DNA from: the human T2T-CHM13v2.0 reference genome, Homo sapiens
Direction: 5' to 3' (one strand)
Assembly: GCF_009914755.1 (NCBI RefSeq)
Contig: NC_060945.1
DNA length: 64,000 bases
In this document: positions 24,051 through 36,037 of the stretch, piece after piece
Numbering within the stretch: the stretch's first letter is position 1
Layout of the letters: each line of letters opens with the position of its first letter
The notes under the pieces: generated by a model
What the model was told of the DNA's origin: nothing
Seen by the model: only the letters and a program-made list of their open reading frames with translations
The model's database searches: none
Program-made: the position numbers and the translations under genes

Positions 24051-26908
24051 TTAAACAGTTTTTTATATGGTTTCTATAATTTCTATCATTTGAAACAGGA
24101 AAGGAGGGGTTGCAATTATGTTCTGAGACTGTCAATTTCAAAATATTCTATTAGTTTTTAGAAATTTATTTGCATAGAGGTAGTAACTGTTAATTGTATT
24201 AAAAGATGATTTGAAAGCTTAAAATGGAAAACATATCCACTGATTATTTCTGAGAATTATAAAGATATTATCCTTAGGTTAGGCTATTTTTGTGAGAAAA
24301 CAACTCACTCACCTCAGCTCATGGTATTCTTGTATTTTCTGGAAACAGTAGTTGAAAATTGCTGCATAGCAATTTATACTTAATAAACTACATATATGTG
24401 TGTGTGTGTGTATATATGTATATATATACACAGATATATATATGTATTTTTTTAACAATCTGTTGACATCGGTATTATTCCTTCAGTTTCCTACTGTAAT
24501 AGAATGTGGCCAAAAAGAAATGGCTTATCACAGATTGTCTTCCCCCAAAGTAGTAAAGAAATCAATCACTCAGACTTGGGAGGTTGCTTCTATGATCTTT
24601 TCACTAATACTTACTACTTCCCAGCATAAATTACACTTTAGGCTTCTTTCTTCCTTCTTTTCTTTTTCTTTCTTGCTTCTTTTTTTCTTTCCTTCCTTTG
24701 TTTATATTTTCTTTCCTTTTTTAAAAAACAAAATTCTTAATTTGGGTAACTTTCCTTTTAAGGAAGTTGAATCACTTTCTAAAGCAAACAGAACACCAGT
24801 AGATTACTAAGCTGACTGTAAATTAAAATCAAGCTTTACTTCCCTGAGACCCAACTAGGTATTAATGAGTACAAAGTAGGTTCATTCAATAGAACATTGA
24901 AAAGGGACCATATTTTCACTCCTGCTCTGTCAATATATATATAACACAAAAATATTATCTGCCAGTAAGAATGGCCTTAGTCTATTTATATTCTGTTTAA
25001 TAAGCACCCTTTCAGCATTGTACAGACAAAAGCTGTATCTTTCTTCTTGATTTCTGCTCTTCAAAATAGGGCATGCTTTAATTTTTAAGAAGGAGAAAAT
25101 GCCTGTTCGGATGAAAACTAATCACTACACATCATTTTCAAGGGAGAAAGGAACAGCAGATGCTTAAAAGACTAAACAGTGTTCCTTTCCAAATAAATAT
25201 CTCTGATTATTCTTTCCTGTGGTTGACTAACTGTATAAAACATGATTAGGTCTAACGCTCTATTGATGTATCACAGTCTTAGGCAGAGTTAACAGTATAC
25301 TTAGCTTGGGCCTGCCTTTCTTTCTTTTCCCATTTTCCTAGCTGCAGTGTGGCATAGCCCTTAGTCGATACAGCAACTCCCTCCTAAGCAAGCATTAAAT
25401 TGAACACATGAATGGCAGCATTTTAAAGGAGATCTGATAACCCAGACATGCTTGCGGCTTTTAAAGAGGCCACATCAGATAAAAAGAACTACTGGACACT
25501 TGAGAGCTGACATATTCTTCTAAAAAAGAAAAGATCTTGAGAAATCAATTGGGCCATAGAGAATATTCTCCAAAAGATCAAATAGGGCAAAAGAATGTTT
25601 CTATTTCTCTAGAGCAGCATACAATATTTAGAGAAAATGCTCTTTCAAATAGTCAAAAGAATTTATTCATACAGTATTTTTATATAAAGAGTTGAGCCTA
25701 ATACTTCTGAGAATGACTTTAAAATCTCCCACATTTTGTCAACAATCTTAGACTTTAATCCTAAAAAAAAATCTTGAAAATGTTTTCCATCATCACAGAT
25801 GCCCAAAGGAAAAATACACTCTTCAAAAAGTGAGTTCATAAATCATTTAGTTTTTCAATACTTAAAGAATGAAATAGAATTTCCTGAAGGCCTTCTGTGT
25901 ATGTATGGGTGTGTATGTTTGTGTGTGTATGTGTGTGTGTGGGATAGAGAGAGAGAGAAAAAAAAATTAGCAGAATACTGTATATCCAAAGTTCAGCATA
26001 ATATTAATGATAATCTAATTTCAGAAGAAAATTTAAAAAATATTTCTAATGATACTGATCTTTGAAATCTAGAACTTTATGTAAAAAACCACTCCAAATT
26101 GGAAACATATTTGTCATTTTCTAAAGGAACTATGCCTATCAATCAATGGACTACATCTGGTTAGCCATTTGTGTGATTCTTTTCATCATTACAGACCTAC
26201 ATTGATTTTACTAAACAACTGAATGGAATAAGCCTTTAAAAAATAAAAACAAGAACAGAAGAAAAGAAGGAAGGAAGGAAGGAAGAAACTAAGAAAGAAA
26301 GGAAGAAAGAACCTAACCTAAGAAATAAGCAACATGTACCCTCAGACGTTTGGCTCATTGCCAAGCTAAACAAACCTTCACAATTTGCAGAAAGTAAACT
26401 TAAATATCGTTGTTGTCAACTTAAAATCAATGAGTTGGGTGAAAACAATCAAGTACCAAAGTCAGAAGTGTACAACGACTGTCACATTAGTGCCATGAGA
26501 CATGGCCTCATTTGGTGAAACTGTGTGTATTTTTTAAAGCAGCTGTAGGCAAGCAAATACTTCATGACGTTAAATCAACCACATAAGGAAACTGAAATAA
26601 GTAATTACTCTAGGGAAGTGAGCAATTAACAACTGAGCACACATACGGATTTCTTTGAATGTAAGTCAATAAGACTCTATGTTTCCAGAGAAGAATTCTC
26701 TCCCAATTATATTTCTCCCTAACAGTAAGAACAGTAGGGTGGGAAGAGTCAATAATACATGCCCAATAAACATGATTTGAATGAATAAATTGGTATTTGT
26801 TAAAGAACTATAAAAACTACAGTAATAATGGAGAAAATTTTCTCATATTCCTTTAGATATTTTTGATTATTTTTTCTTCCCCCATGCACTTGCTAATAGT
26901 TTCTCTCA

Positions 26909-27270
26909 TGTCTTAGTCCAGTCAGGTTGGTATAACAAATTACCATAGACTGAGTGGCATATAAACAATAAGAATTTATTTCTCGTAGTTCTGGAAACTG
27001 GAAGTCTCAGATGAGAGTGCCATTATGGTTTAATTCTAAAGGCTCTCTTCTGAGTTGCAGATGGCAACTTCTTGTTGTGCCCTCTCATGGTGACTGGGGC
27101 AAGGCAGCTCTATGGCATGTCTTTCATAAGGGCACTAAAATCCTGTTCAAAAAGGCTCTGCTCTTATGACCTAATCACTCACCAAAGGGCCCACCTCCTA
27201 ATAGCATCACCTTCAGGGTTAAGACTTTAACGTATGAATTTTTTAGGAACATAAACATTCAGTCTATTGT
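26909..27270 (-). mobile_element. MLT1A0-like solo LTR
   Basis: tgtcttagtcc...tataacaaattaccatagactgagtgg...cataaacattcagtctat. Confidence 0.88.
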
Positions 27271-28656
27271 TCCCTGCATCCAGCCCTCCTAGTACTCTGT
27301 GAACCTCTTCCTTTTTTGCTTTCTTCATCCTGTCTCTGGCCTGCTGTTAGTAAAAGACTGTCTATACCACTTACGTTTCCTTAAGCACCTATTCAGTATG
27401 TCACATTATACCAACTCCCCCCCTATAAACCACATAATACAGAGAATTCTGAAACCCAATTACCAACTCAAAGATGTATTATGGAATTCTGCCAATCTTT
27501 CTTCTTGTTGACTTTCTGGTGGGTTATTTATCTGGAATTGATTTTTCATCTAGATAAATCACTCATGTGTGTCATTGTAACTCTTGGACTAAATTATTGC
27601 CTCTTTAATATGTTGTTTGTTAGGCCTAACTTCTGGACTATATTTCTTAGTTTAGAAATATAGAGAAATAAGAGACTGGGGTTTATCCCACAGCCATTAG
27701 GAAGAGGAGTCAATACTTGCTTCCTCTACAGTCACTTAAGCGGACCTAACCTCTGCCAGCCAGGAGACCTGTAATCCATATTTTAGTTATTATAAATTAA
27801 TTGGTATCATAATTTTGTTCAGAAGTAAAAGATCATCATTTGTCTTCCATAAAAAGATGACCAATACTCAGGAAATATTGATTGAAAGTATTCACTGATA
27901 AGTATATAAAAAGCAAGGGTTAAAACATACTTGATATGGTCAATATTTTATTTGTACTTTGCTTAAAAAACAAAGATGAGTTGAATGGAAAGAAACAAAA
28001 GATTGTACACAATGATTATAGTTTAAATATGATGCTAATTAATGATGCTATTCCTTTTTCATTTCCTTTTCATGAAGATTATTCCAAAATTACTTTAACA
28101 ATCAGCAGATATGGTGAGTTATTTATATGAATGATTATCATAAAAAGGAAACCAAAGAGAAGGAAAAGCTCAGAGAAAAATATTGATGAAAACATTAGGT
28201 ACATCAAAAATCACTCTGGGTATATTGATCTGATTCATTCTTCTATGCTTGACAGAGAACATTCAATACTCAGAATTATCCATCCAGCATTTTGACATTG
28301 CCCTTTGGAGAGTAATTATCAGTACTAATTTATGTAATTTTTTTAGTCCAGCAGAAGGTTTCAGAACTCACATATGCCTGTGTATTTTAACTTTATACCT
28401 TGAATGTACTCTATTTACAATTTAGGCAATATAATATGACTAGCATAATATTACATGAAATTATATTTTCAAAATGGAAATTATTTCTCAGGGATTTTTT
28501 TTAAAAGAAGGTTTCAAAAAGTATTTTCAGTTTTAAAGAAAACCAATGTTTTTCCTTTTTTCTGAGATAGTACGTGTATAGCTATCACTTGCAAGGAATA
28601 AAACCACAGAAATTAATAGGACATGTGCCTGAAAAAAAATATTTGGAAGATATAGG

Positions 28657-28760
28657 GCAGTGCCATCAAATATACATAAAATGTTATCCACATATGGAAT
28701 TTTAAGTCATCTAGCAGTCACATTAAAAATAAGAAGAACCCGGTAAAATTATTTTTATAA
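28657..28760. mobile_element. MER3/MER33-like hAT fragment
   Basis: ccacatatggaattttaagtcatctagcagtcacattaaaaa. Confidence 0.55.
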
Positions 28761-28761
28761 T

Positions 28762-29455
28762 TGCGGTATCATAAAAACGTATTTGGTCTTCTCTTCTGGT
28801 TTCTGGCACAGCACTCCACTGGAAGCTGAGTCTCCAGAAAGACCAACCCTTTGTTAGAAGTTTGGAACTTTCAGCTGCACCCCCTCAACCTCAGAGAAGG
28901 GAGAAAGGCTGGATTGAATTCAAGCACCAGTGGCCAATGATTTAATCAATCATGTCTACATAGTGGAAGCTCATAAAAATCCCTAAATGATGGGGATTGG
29001 AGACTTTCCAGGTGGGTGAACACACTGAGGTACTGGGAAGGCAGCATGGAAACTCGGCACCTCTTCACCTCCCACTACCTCGCCCTACACATTTCTTCCA
29101 TTTGGCTGTTCCTGAGTTGTATCCCTTATAATAAACCATTAATAGTAAGTAAAATCATTTCCTGAGTTCCGTGAGTCATTCTAGCAAATTATCAAACATG
29201 AAGGGTTGGGGGGAGGTTGTGGGAACCCCTGATTTGTAGTAAAGTTAGAGAGAAGTGTGGGTAACCTGGAGACCAATATTTGAAATTGGAGTCTTGCCAT
29301 TGACTCTTGATAGACCTCCAGGTAACCCACAATTCTCTCTAACTTTGCTACATACTGGGCTGTGAAATCGAACCCTAACTGCCTGGAGGCTGCTTTCATT
29401 CTGGCTAGGTAGCGTCAGAGGTAAATTGAATTGTAGGGCACCCAGTTGGGGTACC
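28762..29455 (+). mobile_element. MER21-like LTR
   Basis: ggccaatgatttaatcaatcatg and catttggctgttcctgagttgtatcccttataataaacc motifs. Confidence 0.82.
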
Positions 29456-31087
29456 ATCATTTTTCTTCTGAATGCTGAGTCTTTCCTTTGCTTCTCTGTG
29501 GAGATCAATCCATTCTAGTGTGGCATGAAAGGCCTATTGAATCTCTATGTAAACTAAAGCCCAGGACAGGTCTAGGTTTTGAAAAGGGAAGGAAACCTTT
29601 TTGAGTTATTTAATACTTATGTCCAACCCCACTAAACAAAATACACAGCATGTGTTACACAAATCAAATGTGTAACACCCATATTTCTAGATATTCACTC
29701 TTGAATTTTCAGAATGTCAGCAGGACACTGCCCATGCCTGACCATCCTCAAATATCATGTAACTCTGGTTAGTGCGTCAGCATTAGTGAATGTAAGGAGG
29801 GAGTGACAAACTGGAAAAGGGATAAAATAAGGGGGAGATCCAATATCAGTTAAGTACATCTAAGAAGTGTTATGTCAAAATCAACATTGAGAAGGCCATT
29901 CCGAATTTGGTTGTGTTCAGTTTCATAATTACATAATTTACTTGTCAAATATCCATGAAGTCCTGTGATTTGCTTTAAAGACAGATACCCTGTGAAGGCT
30001 GACACGTTAGACTTTAGATATCAGTCACTTAGCAGTCATTTCATACCAGGGAATCATTTAATTTGCCTGGTCTTTAGAGAATAATAGAATAATACCTCTC
30101 TTATACGACTGCTTTCAATTAATCTCACACACACACACACACAATATGAAAATACTTTGAACACTGCATGACACCTGCTAATGATTTATTACATGACAAC
30201 AGCACATTTCTGACCTAGCGAATACGAAGATGGCACTATTAGCAAACCAAAGTCTCTCTTTGCTTAATATAATTTTAACAAATATATTTATAGGAAAAAT
30301 TTAGCTACTGATAAATGTTCTTAACAATTCTTCTGACGGTTTGTGGTAAAGTAATTATGAACTTGATTAAATCAAACTTATTCTTCATTTAATATGATAA
30401 TTTTTTTCTTAAAAAATTATTCAAACACTCTGTTTGGTATTTGGGATGTTCTGTTTCTTCATGTTGCCAAACTAGATAGACAGGAAAAAATAGGATAAAT
30501 TAATCATTACCAGAAATAATTTGAAAGACTGTTTAACTTTATCTTGACATCAATATGGTATAGAAACAAATTTGAATTAGTTTGACAGTGCACATAAATA
30601 AATCCTGTAATATGTAATTTCTGGATCATAGTGAAATCCAATTCTCAATTTAATTTTAACCTAATGCTATGCTCGTAGATATTAAAATGGGCATTTTCAT
30701 AACTTTTTATTTACAAAGAAGAGTAAAGTTTAAATTATATCGGTAATATTCACATAGTATAGAGAAATAGAGCTAGCATCTATGTTTTATGTAAAATTCC
30801 AGCTCCTTTCAGTTGCGATTTTTTTTGGGGTTTCAATGAAATTATGTATTTACCAACATAAACAGATTTTAAAATTTACTATTTTCAATTAGTTACTGCT
30901 TGTGAATGTGTGCAAAAATTAAAGTCTTTATAATCACTAGACTGGGATCTTTATGCCATCAGTTTTCTTTAAATTAGTATAAGGCACAGTCATGTGGGTG
31001 AAATATGTTAAATTTGAGCCAGGTGTGTTGAAGACAAAGTCCTTGTTTAACTCTTTTACTTAATACATAAGTGAGAAAGGTAACTTT

Positions 31088-31812
31088 TAAACTGCCCTTG
31101 CAAAAATTATAATAGTAAGAAAATTATGGCAGTGAAAGAGATCAGACCTAACCAACTCCATCTTTTCTTTAACCTTCAAACTGCCCTTAGCTGTTCCTGA
31201 GCATGGACCAAGTTAAGTTTGGAAGAAATTTAGTTTATAGTTTAAGAGATAATAGCTCTTTCAAAAACTAAACCACCTTTGTAAAACCAATGAAAAGAAA
31301 CCAGGTTGGGAGAATGAGAGGGGCCTAAATTCTGCTAAGATGTAGGCATAGTTAAGTAATTACCAGCCATTATTCCAGAGGTCACAAGATTTGCAACTTC
31401 CCCAATTACTCCTGTAACAAACATTCCTATTGTAGAACCTAAAATTGGCTGTTTGAGATGTCTTCTTAGGCTTTTGCATTTCTGAAGACCGATGGCCACA
31501 CCTAGACCAAAGACTCCTTTGTGGCCCCCACCCAGAAGCAGATTCAGTGCACTAGGACTATTTTCCACAACCCTACTTTTGCATCCCCAACCAGTCAGCC
31601 TCCATTACCTAGGCTCCTGCCCACCAAACTATCCTTGAAAAGCTCTAGCCTCCAAATTTTTTGGGAGGTGGATTTCAGTAGTAATAAAACTGTGGTCTCT
31701 AGTTTAGCTGGCTCTACTCATATTAATATAACTCTTTCCCTTTGCAATTCCCCATCTTGATAAATTGGCTCTGTCTGGGCAGTGGGCAAAAAGAACCCAT
31801 TAGGTGGTTATA
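31088..31812 (+). mobile_element. LTR8A-like (ERV1) solo LTR
   Basis: aaactgcccttgcaaaaattat...ccaactccatctt...gtctgggcagtgggcaaaaagaacccattaggtggttata; 4-bp TSD CTTT. Confidence 0.87.
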
Positions 31813-33201
31813 CTTTTAGCTCATTAAGAGTAGAAATCCACTCTGAATGTGTACTCAGTAAGATATCCTGCATCAAGTAACTTGCCCCTCCAAATGGGAG
31901 GACTACAGTGTCTCCTGCTCAGTGCAGTGATGCTTTTCTTTAAGTGCATATAGAAATGTTCATATTTTACCTGAGTGGGCTGACAGTTCAACACATTGCC
32001 ATCTTGTGTTGACAATGCATACTTCAATTTGGTATTAGAGACACATTTCCTTATACTTCTGGGTTTAAATTATGCAGTTTTTCTCAGTGCCACTGTTTTC
32101 TTGTGGGTATAACAATAATACTTACTTTACAAGGCTGGTGCAAATATTAATTGAACAAATAGATGCCTAGTAAACGGAATTGTGAAAGGCACATTGTAAG
32201 GATTCTATAATTGCTTTTATTATTATCAATATTATTATTATTAATCTATCCATGAAAATTATCCAGCTTATTACTACCAGAAAGGAAATGTTGAAAGACA
32301 ATAAAGTTAAATCCAAACTGCATAAAATGACTTTATAATATTAAGAGATACAGACTTGTATTTGAATATATTAGCAAAAACAATGGAATTATAAATATGT
32401 ATTTTCCATTTTTTCTAGCAAACAATAATTTATTTATATGAAAAATGTATAGTTAGAAAAGCCAGTGTGGTTCATAATTGCTGATGTACAAATTCCTTGA
32501 TTTAAAGCAAAAATCCACTTTAATATGGCAGCATATATTACCATATTCTTATTTGAAAAATGTTATTTCAACTCCTCCAAAGATACAGTGACAGAAAGTG
32601 TTATTTTAATTTATTTGCCATATGCAATCCTGTTTCCTCTCCTTAAATTAAGAAAAATGCATAGAGTGTTTCCCATCAGGTAGCTCCTATTTGGATGAAA
32701 ACTCTTAAAACTCAATGAAGAGCACTCTGTTTTCAGTAACTCCTGTTAAAAACACAAACACAGGTTACGGCCAGGTGGAAGTGAAAATTTTGACTTTTTT
32801 TCTGGATAGAAATGTGGAATTACAAATATGTCACCTCTGAACTAGGTACATATCCAGCTAATCTAGCACAGCTAGATAATCACAACTCTACCGGAGTACT
32901 GTGTAGATTTTGCAGTGTGGGGAACAAAGTCTATGCTTGCTGGTAGGAAGATCACCTGAAGAGTGAAGAAAGAAGGGGCTGATTTGCTCAGACTGTAATT
33001 TGCTCCCTAGTAATCAGGGAAGTCATACCTCATCCCATAGGGAAGAATGACAAGTAACAGAAAAAGGGTAAGGATATGGCTCTTTGGAGGGTTCTGGACA
33101 GAAAAGTTGAAGCAGAGAAAAATTACATATTCAGATAGAAAAACAAATTTATTGAACAATGATCCAATAGATTATTAAAATAGGTACCATTTTTGTTTAG
33201 G

Positions 33202-33333
33202 TTTATGTTTTGTGAAATTGATTTATGTTTTGTGAAATTTATGATTTCACAATTTTTTGTTTTGTGAAATTGTACATAATTTATGTTCTGTGAAATTGTT
33301 GATCTATGTTTTGTGAAATTGTACATAATCTAT
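33202..33333. repeat. Irregular short tandem repeat of tgttttgtgaaatt
   Basis: Five direct copies at uneven spacing plus one inverted half-copy (atttcacaa). Confidence 0.9.
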
Positions 33334-33704
33334 TATTTCTTTCAATAGATATTTTAATTTAAAGTATGAAATAATTAACACTGCTAGTCATTAATTTTTA
33401 CCCTGAAACACAATCTTGCCTCAAATTTTCAGAACATTATTTTTTATTTAGTATATCACTTCATAAATAGCCACAACCCTCAAAGATGTAAATTAAGGAC
33501 AGCAAGGTTTAAAATCAATAATTCCTTTAAGCCTTTACAATATTTTTTAAAGTAGTGCCAGGAAATAAGACATGCTGGCTTTCACTTTCAGTAACCTGAA
33601 AATAATAGCATAAATTATGTAAGTAACCTCTTATTTAACAGAGTTGTATCATATTTTTTACTCTAAGTTCCTTGTTTAGTATGACAAAGCTCTACTTTCT
33701 AGAT

Positions 33705-33928
33705 CAGTGGTTCTCAAAGACAATGATTTTCTCCCAGGAAGATTTCTTAGGAGGCATTTGGCAATGTCTGGAGAGAGTTTGGGTTGTGATAAAACAAGGA
33801 AGACACTACTATTGGCAACTAGTGAACAGAGATCACAGATGCTGCTGAACATCCTAAAATTCAAGTGGCAGCTTTTACAACATAGAAGTGGCCAAAAATG
33901 TCAGTTGTGCTGAGGTTCAGAATCTTTG
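33705..33928. mobile_element. MER20 (hAT-Charlie MITE)
   Basis: cagtggttctcaa start, catttggcaatgtctggaga; 8-bp TSD ttctagat/ttttagat. Confidence 0.88.
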
Positions 33929-34835
33929 TTTTAGATGCATGTTATTTGACTTAAGATTTGTATTAATATCAAAGGGACAACTTTGGGGCTTGAAGATGGC
34001 TGACTAGAGGGACCTGACACTTGCCTTCTCCACAAAGAAGGACCAAAACAGCAAATAAATAATCACACGTTGAATAGAGTGTCTGAGAGAGAACAGTAGA
34101 ATTCAGCAGAGAAATCACAGGAAAGCTCTGAGATACACACAGAAGAGAGAAGCAAAGCAGTTCACTGGTCAGGATTGGCTGGGAGCCTCAGGAGAGAGAA
34201 ACTTCCCAGCGTAGGAAAAAGGTAAATGAGAGATCACCTGCGGTCCTCATTTCCACCATGAACGTCTGCTATCTGCAAGCGGAGAAGCCCCTTGGCCCTT
34301 GCAGGCCCTGAGACCAGTATAGGAAGCCGTATAGAGTCCATATGATTGTATTGTTCCAAAGTGGGAGTTCATGCTGGATCATATCAACCTCCTTGCCACC
34401 CCATGCTAGACTCAAGCAGCTACAGGAGGGTACCATTTTGAGAGCCCATCAGCTACCAGACTATATCCTTCCCTGGGACCCAATAGCCACTGTTTTTCCC
34501 CTTCCCTTGAGACCCCTGCTGACATCTCCCTAGATCCACTCAGAGATCTGCAGTATCAGGACACAGACTGAACCTGTCACTGTTGCCAGGTCCCCAGGAC
34601 TCTAGACTTCGCAGTGTCCTACAGCCTGGGAAAAGTGCATGCATCACACCAGGGAGTCTGCCCGTGGAACAAGACAAAGGAAGCCAAAGCATTTGATGCC
34701 CAGAGTCTGAGAGACCCTGCCCAGGGCCACTGTCACAGACACTAACCTCCCACTCCAAGCAGCAGGACCACTGCTCATCTGCATGTGCCTTCAGGGGGCC
34801 CAGGGGCCAACCTGCCCAGAAACCATCTGGGGTTT

Positions 34836-35218
34836 AAGAATATTCCAATTCTTGCGATAGTTTGCTGAGAATGATGGTTTCCAGCTTTATCCATGCAAAC
34901 TGTCGCAAGGACAAAAAACCAAACACCACATGTTCTCACTCATAGGTGGGAATTGAACAATGAGAACACATGGACACAGGAAGGGGAACATCACACACCG
35001 GGGCCTGTTGTGGGGTGGGGGGAGGGGGGAGGGATAGCATTAGGAGATATACCTAATGTTAAATGACGAGTTAATGGGTGCAGCACACCAACATGGCACA
35101 TGTATACATATGTAACTAACCTGCACATTGTGCACATGTACTCTAAAATTTAAAGTATAATAAAGAAATAAATAAAAAATAAAAAATGGAAAAAAAAAAG
35201 AAAAAAGAATATTCCAAT
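34836..35218 (+). mobile_element. Young L1PA (PA3/PA4-like) 3' end with 5' inversion
   Basis: TSD aagaatattccaat at 34836-34849 and 35205-35218. Inverted part 34850-34895; sense part from 34896 to polyA, including the G-rich 3'UTR tract. Confidence 0.95.
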
Positions 35219-35889
35219 CTTGCCTAGTGACCCTAGCACCGTGCATGCCATTTGGGAGCCTGAGGACAACTCAACCTACCACCATTGGCACCCTTGCATG
35301 CTGTCTGGGGGCGTGAAAATTCAAGTATACTGTCCTGCTGCTGCCAGTGCCAGCTCACACAATCAGGAGACTGGAGGACTGGACTGCCCCACCCTCACCT
35401 TCCTGCAGCAGTGCACATGAATACCACCGGGGGGCCTGAAAACAGTTCTGCCCTGCCCATTGCCATCTCCATTAGCACCCAAGCATGCTGTCTAGGGGCC
35501 GAAAAATGAATCTTCATAAATTTAAATAAATTAAAATCATATCAAACATCTTCCCACATCATAATAGAGTAAAATTAGAAATCAATACCAAGTAGAACTT
35601 TGGAAACTGTACAAATACATGGAAATTAAGCAACATGCTCCTGAGTGACCACTGGTTCAATAAAGAAATTAAAAATAAATTAAAACATTTTTTGAAACAA
35701 ATGAAAATAGAAACACAAATACCAAAACCTAGGGGGTAGAGCAAAGGCAGTGGTAAGATGGAAGTTTGTAGTTATAAATACCTACACCTCACAAAGAGTA
35801 GAAATATTTCAAATAAACAACCTGATTACTTGCCACCTCAAAAAGCTAGGAAAACAAACAAAAAAAGCAAATAATCAAACTCAAAATTA

Positions 35890-36037
35890 TTAATTTTTTA
35901 AATTTAAATTTTTATTTAATTTAGTTATTTTTTAGAGACTGGGTCTCCCTCTGTTGTCCAGGCTGGCCCTCAAGTGATCCTCCCGTTTTGGCCTCCCAAA
36001 GCACTGTGATTATAGGTGACAGCCACTGCACTCAACC
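35890..36037 (-). mobile_element. FLAM/Alu monomer inserted in L1 ORF2
   Basis: 14-bp TSD caaactcaaaatta at 35876-35889 and 36038-36051. Confidence 0.88.

Noticed and set aside
24400-24810. 136-aa ORF outside obvious transposons
   Set aside because: Starts in a TG/TA microsatellite at a non-ATG codon and crosses a CT-rich tract; no recognisable domain.
29990-32230. Faint MIR-like traces near 30.0 and 32.1 kb (also 17.8 and 40.7 kb)
   Set aside because: Too degraded to assign boundaries by eye; not reported as features.
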